From positions 1-21,912 of the forward strand of contig JBGFRZ010000023.1 in NCBI GenBank assembly GCA_041694835.1: a stretch of DNA of 21,912 nucleotides, written 5' to 3'. Origin of the DNA: Ignavibacteria bacterium (GTDB lineage: Bacteria > Elusimicrobiota > Endomicrobiia > PHAN01). Under the pieces are notes generated by a model that was not told the origin of the DNA, made no database searches, and worked only from the letters and a program-made list of their open reading frames with translations. The position numbers were made by a program, and so were the translations under genes. Positions within the stretch are counted from its first letter, which is position 1, and every line of letters begins with the position of its first letter. Of the stretch, positions 15,123 through 21,912 are shown one piece after another.

Positions 15123-16910
15123 ATGTACAACCATCCTGAAAAATTCGATGTCATAGTCGTCGGCGCCGGCCATGCGGGCTCTGAGGCGGCTTTGATTGCC
15201 TCAAAGCTCGGCGCAAAAACACTTCTTGCCACGATGAAAATTGACGCAGCAGCTCGGATGTCTTGCAACCCCGCCGTCGGCGGTCTCGCCAAGGGTCAAG
15301 TCGCTTCAGAAGTCGATGCTCTCGGTGGAGCGATGGCTCGGATAGCCGATGCGTCGGGCTTGAATTTCAAGATACTAAATTTTTCAAAAGGCCCGGCTGT
15401 TCAATCTCCGAGGGTTCAATGCGATAAAAAACTCTATAGCGCGTTTATGAAAAAAAATATTGAGTCACAGAGCAATCTGATTGTCGAACAAACAGAGCTC
15501 GTCGATATTTTGACCGATGACAGCAGGGTCGTTGGAGTTATGAGTAAATCTGGCGCGGTGTATAAATCAAAATCAGTGATTGTAACCACAGGGACATTTT
15601 TAAACGGCGTCCTGCACATCGGGCTTAACCAATTTGAAGGGGGAAGGTTTGATGAACCACCATCGCGCGCGCTATCCGACTCCCTCAAAAAACTTGGTTT
15701 CGAGTTAAAAAGGTTTAAGACGGGAACTCCCCCGCGGCTTGATTCAAGGACAATAAATTTCGACGCACTTGTGCCCCAAAACGGAGATACACCGCCATTG
15801 CCAATTTCCCATTTTACCGCCGATGTCAAACAAAAACAATTGCCATGCTGGATTACTTTTACCAATGAAAAAACGCACGAGGTCATAAGAAAAAATCTTG
15901 ACAGGTCTCCGCTTTATAGCGGCATTATAAAAGCAACAGGACCGAGGTATTGCCCGTCGCTCGAAGATAAAGTCGTGAAATTTCCCGACAGAACGAGGCA
16001 TCAGGTTTTTCTTGAACCGGAGGGATTTGACACTGACGAAATATACGCAAACGGCATCTCGACAAGTTTACCTGAAGATATCCAAAGGGATATTGTTCAT
16101 TCGATAATCGGCTGCGAAAAAACAGAACTCTTAAAATATGGTTATGCCGTCGAGTATGATTTCTGTCCGCCGATGCAGTTGAAAAATACTCTCGAAACAA
16201 AAGATATCGAAAATCTGTATTTTGCGGGGCAACTCAACGGAACAACGGGTTACGAAGAAGCCGCTGCGCTCGGTATAATGGCGGGGATAAATGCCGTCTT
16301 GAAAATCAGACAAGAAGAGCCTTTCGTTTTGGGAAGAGATGAGGCGTATATTGGAGTTTTAATTGATGACCTTGTTACGAAAGGCGTAACAGAGCCATAC
16401 AGATTGTTCACTTCGCGCGCGGAGTATCGTCTTCTTTTAAGATGGGACAACACGGATTTGCGTCTTATGCCGCATGCTTTTAGATTGGGTTTGCTGGATG
16501 AAAAAATAAAAAAAAATTTTTTGCTTTACAAAGATGCCGTTGAGAGCGGCGTTGAGTTTTTCTCGGGCAAATATGCCGATGCGTTGCTCGTTGAGGAGTC
16601 GCTTAAATATGAGCCCGACGAAAAATCCCCGTGGACAAAGAAAAAAGTCGTCAATGAAATTATGATTCAAATTAAATATGGCGGCTACATAAAACAACAA
16701 CAAGAACAGATAGAAAAAATGAAAAAATTCGAATCAAAAAAAATCCCGGACACTTTTGATTACGAACTGCTGAAAGGCGTTTTGAACGAAACGAAGGAAA
16801 AACTCAAAAAAATCAGACCTTCAACTCTTGGTCAAGCGTCGAGAATTTCCGGAATAACTCCGTCTGACTTGGCTGTTTTGAATTTGTACATTTCAAGGGC
16901 AAGAAATTGA
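15123..16910 (+). CDS. mnmG: tRNA uridine-5-carboxymethylaminomethyl(34) synthesis enzyme MnmG (GidA)
   Basis: VVGAGHAGSEAA, MSCNPAVGG, FKTGTPPR, GPRYCPSLEDK, AGQLNGTTGYEEAAA, EPYRLFTSRAEYRL, GQASRISGITP. Confidence 0.97.
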   Translation: MYNHPEKFDVIVVGAGHAGSEAALIASKLGAKTLLATMKIDAAARMSCNPAVGGLAKGQVASEVDALGGAMARIADASGLNFKILNFSKGPAVQSPRVQCDKKLYSAFMKKNIESQSNLIVEQTELVDILTDDSRVVGVMSKSGAVYKSKSVIVTTGTFLNGVLHIGLNQFEGGRFDEPPSRALSDSLKKLGFELKRFKTGTPPRLDSRTINFDALVPQNGDTPPLPISHFTADVKQKQLPCWITFTNEKTHEVIRKNLDRSPLYSGIIKATGPRYCPSLEDKVVKFPDRTRHQVFLEPEGFDTDEIYANGISTSLPEDIQRDIVHSIIGCEKTELLKYGYAVEYDFCPPMQLKNTLETKDIENLYFAGQLNGTTGYEEAAALGIMAGINAVLKIRQEEPFVLGRDEAYIGVLIDDLVTKGVTEPYRLFTSRAEYRLLLRWDNTDLRLMPHAFRLGLLDEKIKKNFLLYKDAVESGVEFFSGKYADALLVEESLKYEPDEKSPWTKKKVVNEIMIQIKYGGYIKQQQEQIEKMKKFESKKIPDTFDYELLKGVLNETKEKLKKIRPSTLGQASRISGITPSDLAVLNLYISRARN

Positions 16911-16982
16911 GGACATAAGACCGTTGACGCTTTGCTAAAACCTTGCCGCAGAAACACGGGAACTATAAGGGTTGCATAAAAA

Positions 16983-17209
16983 CTAATGGGACGCGGATGA
17001 ACGCAGAAACAACTTTGATAAACGCAGATTAAAGCAACTATAATCTCATCTGCGAAAGTCCGCGTCCTAAAAAGCTAATTGAACGCGGATGAACGCAGAT
17101 AAATACAAAAAACTGTGTTTGTCCTTAAAGTAATCTGCGTTCATCCTGTAAATCTGCGTCCTAAAATTCATTGGTAACATTTCTAATGGGACGCAGATGA
17201 ACGCAGAAA
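16983..17209. repeat. Three copies of a 27-nt repeat, the first two each followed by inverted partners (tandem hairpin units)
   Basis: CTAATKGRACGCRGATGAACGCAGAWA at 16983, 17075 and 17183; complementary ATCTGCG...GCGTCCTAAAA blocks at 17048-17072 and 17133-17166. Confidence 0.85.
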
Positions 17210-17213
17210 AAAT

Positions 17214-17900
17214 ATGGAAATCCAAAAAGAAAATTATTTGAAACTGAAAGAGTTTACTCGACAACTTGGCGCTGCTGTTTTTGGTGTAGCGGAGTTAAAA
17301 GAGATTAAAAAAAACTTCATTCTTCCGAAAGAAGTTACTGACGACTTGACTTTTGGAGTTTCGTTCGGTGTCTCGCTTTCAAGGAAAATTCTTGAGACGG
17401 TCAAAGATAAACCAAATCAACTTTATTATTTTCACTACCAACGGACAAACATACTTATAGACACCATATCTCTCAGAATTTCAGACTTCATACAGAAAGA
17501 AGGTTTCGGCGCTATGCCTATTCCCGCTTCTCAGGTGTCTGATTGGGAGAACCAACTCGGTCATATCTCACATAGGGAAGTGGCGTTTTATGCGGGGCTT
17601 GGCTGGCGGGGAAAAAATAATTTGCTTGTCAACAAGGGACATGGCGCACTTTTAAGATTCGGCGCTGTCCTGACGGACTTTCCGCTTTCAACGGATAAGC
17701 CTGTCGAAAATTTCTGCGGCGAATGTGCGATATGTGTTGAACTTTGTCCTGCCGGTGCGATTTCAGAAAAAGGTTTCAATAAAGAACTTTGCCGCCAGAA
17801 ACTGAAAGAGTTTATGAGGACAGAAAAAATCGGTCAGATGGTCTGTGGTGTCTGTGTAAAAGCATGCCCGCCCCGTAAAGAAGTAGATAGTAGCGAGTAG
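17214..17900 (+). CDS. QueG/reductive-dehalogenase-like Fe-S protein (short epoxyqueuosine reductase-like)
   Basis: SHREVAFYAGLGWRGKNNLLV..GHGALLRFGAVLTD motif, CxxCxxCxxxCP and C...CxxCxxxCP ferredoxin motifs. Confidence 0.8.
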   Translation: MEIQKENYLKLKEFTRQLGAAVFGVAELKEIKKNFILPKEVTDDLTFGVSFGVSLSRKILETVKDKPNQLYYFHYQRTNILIDTISLRISDFIQKEGFGAMPIPASQVSDWENQLGHISHREVAFYAGLGWRGKNNLLVNKGHGALLRFGAVLTDFPLSTDKPVENFCGECAICVELCPAGAISEKGFNKELCRQKLKEFMRTEKIGQMVCGVCVKACPPRKEVDSSE

Positions 17901-18153
17901 ATAGGAGATAGGGGACAGAAAACAGTAAATGGCAAGTAGCAGATAGTGACTGGTGACTTGTGGCTGGTGACTGGAGGAAACGAGCCACGAATCACGAGCC
18001 CCGCACCTATCATTAGGTTAATGAAGCAGGAAGTGAAAAGTTTCAGCACATTACAAAAACAATTTGACGATAGGTGCGTGGCGAGCAACGAGCCACAATC
18101 TCTATTGCTCTGATGCTCTGTCCTCTCATCTCTGACCTCTGATCGCTATTTTC
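17885..18153. repeat. Composite 7/8-mer arrays with an embedded inverted-repeat element
   Basis: Thirteen in-phase 7-mers at 17885-17975 (agatagt...gactggt), MACGARY 7-mers at 17979-17999, inverted repeat 17998-18011/18069-18082, and a pyrimidine-rich ctctgNNN array at 18100-18153. Confidence 0.8.
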
Positions 18154-18159
18154 TAATTT

Positions 18160-18864
18160 ATGGAATTATTAAAGAATTTTCTAAAGACGGAATTAGATTT
18201 TGAATTGTCTTTCGAGATTGAAGAAAAATTCCGGGTGTATGTCCGTGAATTAAAAGAGTGGAATAAAAAAATAAATCTCACCGCCATTACTGACGAAAAA
18301 GAAATAGAGACAAAGCATTTTATCGACTCTCTGGCTGTTTTAAAAATCGGCATAAAAGAAAATGCAAGTGTGATGGATATCGGCACAGGAGCGGGTTTTC
18401 CGGGCGTGCCATTGAAGATATTTTTTCCTTCGCTCAAATTGACTCTTGTCGAGTCGGTGAGAAAAAAAATCGAATTTCTTAAAAATCTTCTCGAAAAACT
18501 TGAAATCCCGGGTGTCAAAGTGATAAATTCAAGAAGTGAAGAGCTTCCCATAAACTTGCGTGAGCGGTTTGATTGCGTCTTGTCAAGGGCTCTTGCCCCA
18601 TTTGTGGTTTCATCCGAACTTGTCCTCCCATGGGTGAAAGTTGGTGGTTGCGGGGCGTTTTATCTTAAGGAGTTGCCGTGTGCCGGCAAAATCTCCGAGA
18701 TATCGAGAATTATGGGAGGTGATTTTTCCAAAGTGATAGAATATGTTTTACCATGCGACAAAGAGAAAAGAAGAATACTTACGATAAAAAAAGTCGAGCC
18801 CACATCTCTTAAATATCCTCGTCGGCCAGGCATGGCAAACAAGAGGCCGCTGATAAAATTATGA
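18160..18864 (+). CDS. rsmG: 16S rRNA (guanine(527)-N7)-methyltransferase RsmG (GidB)
   Basis: WNKKINLTAI, KHFIDSL, DIGTGAGFPGVPLKI, VESVRKK, SRAL, YPRRPG...KRPL. Confidence 0.96.
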   Translation: MELLKNFLKTELDFELSFEIEEKFRVYVRELKEWNKKINLTAITDEKEIETKHFIDSLAVLKIGIKENASVMDIGTGAGFPGVPLKIFFPSLKLTLVESVRKKIEFLKNLLEKLEIPGVKVINSRSEELPINLRERFDCVLSRALAPFVVSSELVLPWVKVGGCGAFYLKELPCAGKISEISRIMGGDFSKVIEYVLPCDKEKRRILTIKKVEPTSLKYPRRPGMANKRPLIKL

Positions 18865-19508
18865 TACCCCTAAGGGATAACATACCTTCAAGAAAATTTC
18901 CGATAGTGAATTATTTGCTTATTTCGCTAAATGCGATTGTTTTTATTTATGAGTTAAATCTGTCTCCTCATAGGTTGGACGAGTTTTTGGCTTCATGGGC
19001 GGTCGTGCCTTCTGAAATTTTTGGCGATTTTCTCGGAGAATATAAGACGCTTTTCACCGCGATGTTTTTGCACGGCGGCTGGCTTCATTTTCTTGGAAAC
19101 ATGCTTTTTTTATATATTTTTGGAGACAATGTCGAAGACAAATTCGGCCATATTAGGTATCTGATTTTTTATATATTATGTGGTTTCGTGGCTTTCATTT
19201 TGCAGATATTTTTTATGATTGGTTCAAGAGTTCCTCTCATCGGGGCTTCCGGGGCCATAGCGGGAGTTTTGGGCGCCTATCTTCTGCTTTTTCCGAGGGC
19301 TCGGATTTTGACGCTGGTTCCTCTTGGAATATTTTTAAGAGTTGTAGAACTACCTGCTTTTTTCTTTCTTGGCATTTGGTTTCTTATGCAGATATTTTAC
19401 GGACTCGCTTCAATAGGGGCGACTTCCGGAGTCGCATGGTGGGCACACATAGGCGGATTCCTCTGCGGGATAATCACAGTCGGGTGGTTTAAGAAATATA
19501 AAAGATAG
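18861..19508 (+). CDS. Rhomboid-family intramembrane serine protease
   Basis: MIPLRD, MFLHGGWLHFLGNMLFL, GASGAIAG (catalytic Ser), AWWAHIGGF (catalytic His); ATGA overlap with rsmG. Confidence 0.95.
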   Translation: MIPLRDNIPSRKFPIVNYLLISLNAIVFIYELNLSPHRLDEFLASWAVVPSEIFGDFLGEYKTLFTAMFLHGGWLHFLGNMLFLYIFGDNVEDKFGHIRYLIFYILCGFVAFILQIFFMIGSRVPLIGASGAIAGVLGAYLLLFPRARILTLVPLGIFLRVVELPAFFFLGIWFLMQIFYGLASIGATSGVAWWAHIGGFLCGIITVGWFKKYKR

Positions 19509-19564
19509 AAAGGTGGGTGAAAGAGTAAGAAAGACACAACAGCGGCTCATATAGTTCAAATAGT

Positions 19565-19615
19565 GCACAAGAGCACAAGAGTACAAGTGCACAAGTCAAA
19601 CTTATGCACTTATGC
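19565..19615 (+). repeat. 8-mer array copy 2 with adjacent inverted units
   Basis: gcacaaga gcacaaga gtacaagt gcacaagt, then acttatgc x2 (19600-19615), which is complementary to the GCAYAAGT unit. Confidence 0.85.
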
Positions 19616-19710
19616 TTTGTTGTTCTGTTGCTCTACTGTTCCATTCTGTCGCTTTATTACTTTTGTTTTCTCAATAATCAAATTGCCAGGATAACACATG
19701 GGAGAATAAT

Positions 19711-21891
19711 ATGGATACCAAGTGGCTTCTTAATTTCATGAAGCTTTTCAGACTCGCTGTCACCAACCTAAGGATATATCCGCTGAACAACTCAAGTGTT
19801 GTTAACTCGATAAATGCGATAGAAGATTATCTAAAAGAGTATTTCATGGCAAATGATTCAATCATATTCACGGAACTTTCCGGGAAATTAAACGTAGTGG
19901 GGATAGAAAACGCCCCGCCCGAGATGCAGCCGATTTCAGAGGAGCTTGCCAGAAATTTCAGCAAATGCAAAATATCTTCTTTGACGATAAGAAAAGATTA
20001 TACCCACGATGAACTAATATTCGTTCTTCAAAACCTGAGCAAATATTTCAGGGGAGATTGGCTTTCCGCCGCTTCGGAAAAAGGTTTCAATAACCTGGAG
20101 TTCAATCAGGTCAGGTATGTTGCCGTAAGCGAGGAGGAAACCGTTGTAAAAAAGATATCTGCACTTGTTTCCGAAAAAAGCAGCGATATCACAGGCATTA
20201 TAACCCTTCTTAAAGAAGCGTATGATTTGATGGACGACCTTCCCCCCGAAAACAGGACCAAAGCGGTGACGCGTCTTGCAGTAGATCTTTCAACACAGGA
20301 TACCGCTATCTTAAAGGAGATTTTCGAGAGGGATCTACCGAGTAAAATTGAGGAAAGCGGAATAAAAGACAAACTTCTCGCATCGCTTACAAAGGAAAAA
20401 ATATCGGACGTTTATCAACAGATAATAAAATGGTACAGCGATGTAAAATCTTCCGGCGCCTCCGAGTTCGAGGCCGTCGAACAACTCGAAAAACTAAAAA
20501 AATTTCTTTCAATAATACTTAACAGCGCTTGTGCGAAAGAAGTACCTTTCAAGCTCTATGAGGAGCTTTTCAATCTTGGTCTTATAGAAAGCATTCCGAC
20601 GTGGGCTAAAAAAGGCGCTCTTCCCGAAAACCTCGCCGAACAGCTCGAGATTGTCATGAATCTTTCAGACGAGAATCTTATAATGTCTTTGTGGTCAGAG
20701 AGGATACCAGAGATCACTGAAAAACTTATAGCGGCGCGCCTTAAAGAAAAGCTTGTAAAACTGCTTCTCAAAGTCGTCAATAACTATAAAAATATAGATT
20801 ACAACATAAGAATCAGGGTGTCAGAGATTCTAACGGAGATGATTAAAATAATGAAGGCGCAGGGTTATGAAAATCTAATTTCGGTTTGCGAGCGCACCCT
20901 CTACGAATGGTTCGAAAATGAGGAGATGATGTCCATCTATGAGCCGCTGAGCGATATAATGTACGACAGGGTAATAAACCACATTCTCAATTCGAAGATT
21001 GAACATGCTCAACACAATTTCGAGCTGTTCAAAATGCTCGGTTCCGAGATAAATCAGAATGCCGAAAAAAGAAAATACATCGTTAGTTTTCTCGATAAAC
21101 GAATATTTCAGATAATCCCGATATTGCTGAACGATGTGAAATCGAGCGACGAAGTAAAGAAAAAAAACGCTTTTGAGTTTCTATCGAAAATAGGAGCCGA
21201 GGCGCTAGATCCTCTTGTGAAAATAGTAAAAGAGGTTGACGACGCCCATATAAGATTACTCGCCGCGGGAATATTGAAAAATCTCGGTGCGCCTGCGACT
21301 CAAAGAATTAAGGAAGAACTGAATCTCGGTCTTACGAAGGAGGAGATACTAAAATTTATAGACATTTTGAGGTTTATGGGTGACGGCCAGTTTTTTGATG
21401 AAGTAAAGGGTTTGATGAGATATCCGGATCTTGGCATAAAGACAGAAATAATCAGATATTTTTCATCTATCGCCATACCAGAGGTGGACAAGCTTCTTAC
21501 GGAGCTACTTTCCGACGAGGCGCTCGCCAAGCCCGCCATGAAAGCGATTGTTCAGAGAAAATCGCGGGAAGCGGTTCCATCGCTTATCCATCTTATTTCC
21601 ACCACCAAAGACTGGGGCATTAAGGAAGAAGCGGCAATCGCCATGGGTGAGATTGCCGACAGGAGATTTGAAAAACCGCTCATAGAACTGCTTGGGAGCA
21701 GAAGGATGCTTTTTCGCCCGCTTTCGATGAGTCAGGAAAAAGCGCGGATAAGAGCGGCTTATGTGTTGAGAAAATTCAGAAATACCCCCGAAATTATTAA
21801 AGCCTTAAAAAAGGCATCGGGAGATAAATATCACGCTGTCGCGATTACCGCAGCTGAGTCGTTGAGGATACTGGATGATAAAAGAATTTAA
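19711..21891 (+). CDS. Large alpha-helical HEAT-repeat protein, 726 aa
   Basis: C-terminal HEAT/PBS-like repeats (ALDPLVKIV..IRLLAAGILKNLG; AVPSLIHLI..IKEEAAIAMGEI; ARIRAAYVL); RBS GGGAG upstream. Confidence 0.85.
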   Translation: MDTKWLLNFMKLFRLAVTNLRIYPLNNSSVVNSINAIEDYLKEYFMANDSIIFTELSGKLNVVGIENAPPEMQPISEELARNFSKCKISSLTIRKDYTHDELIFVLQNLSKYFRGDWLSAASEKGFNNLEFNQVRYVAVSEEETVVKKISALVSEKSSDITGIITLLKEAYDLMDDLPPENRTKAVTRLAVDLSTQDTAILKEIFERDLPSKIEESGIKDKLLASLTKEKISDVYQQIIKWYSDVKSSGASEFEAVEQLEKLKKFLSIILNSACAKEVPFKLYEELFNLGLIESIPTWAKKGALPENLAEQLEIVMNLSDENLIMSLWSERIPEITEKLIAARLKEKLVKLLLKVVNNYKNIDYNIRIRVSEILTEMIKIMKAQGYENLISVCERTLYEWFENEEMMSIYEPLSDIMYDRVINHILNSKIEHAQHNFELFKMLGSEINQNAEKRKYIVSFLDKRIFQIIPILLNDVKSSDEVKKKNAFEFLSKIGAEALDPLVKIVKEVDDAHIRLLAAGILKNLGAPATQRIKEELNLGLTKEEILKFIDILRFMGDGQFFDEVKGLMRYPDLGIKTEIIRYFSSIAIPEVDKLLTELLSDEALAKPAMKAIVQRKSREAVPSLIHLISTTKDWGIKEEAAIAMGEIADRRFEKPLIELLGSRRMLFRPLSMSQEKARIRAAYVLRKFRNTPEIIKALKKASGDKYHAVAITAAESLRILDDKRI

Positions 21892-21912
21892 TGTCAGCAG
21901 CGTCAAAAGAAA
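21891..21912 (+). CDS. Possible start of the next gene (MSAASKE...), truncated by the window
   Basis: TAATG stop-start overlap with the HEAT gene; only 7 codons visible. Confidence 0.3.

Noticed and set aside
16490-16680. MnmG appearing shorter than typical in its helical region (595 aa) as pseudogenisation
   Set aside because: The frame is intact, all catalytic and C-terminal motifs are present, and this region varies in length among homologues.
16983-17209. CRISPR array
   Set aside because: Only three heads, spacers of 65 and 81 nt containing repeat-derived inverted sequence, and no cas genes nearby. The Cas4-like nuclease is 13 kb away and solo.

Overview
Bacterial chromosomal window with two parts. 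The lineage is not determinable with confidence; the gene content and repeat-filled spacers suggest a moderately AT-rich uncultured bacterium. (1) 1-2460: the right end of a tRNA-Pro-targeted integrative element. A large serine recombinase gene (707-2275) runs into the 3' end of a minus-strand tRNA, which encodes its last codons. An inverted 179-bp copy of the gene's own 3' end (341-519, 14 mismatches) lies just upstream and continues into a different C-terminal tail. The recombinase therefore sits between inverted repeats that meet at the tRNA CCA end. The target locus is itself unusual: a complete tRNA-Pro(UGG) lacking CCA, enclosed in 13-bp inverted repeats, replaces the anticodon arm of a second tRNA-Pro-like cloverleaf (a tRNA nested in a tRNA). 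(2) 2517-21912: housekeeping genes. These are rsmD, a PD-(D/E)XK Fe-S nuclease, argB-argD, a minus-strand ilvC-psd-pssA-leuA-leuC-leuD-PilZ-leuB cluster, a Cys-containing hypothetical, an EamA protein, mnmG, a QueG-like Fe-S protein, rsmG, a rhomboid protease and a HEAT-repeat protein. Many intergenic spaces hold degenerate 7/8/9-nt tandem arrays and small palindromes, some of which invade gene ends. All calls come from manual reading; no database searches were run.
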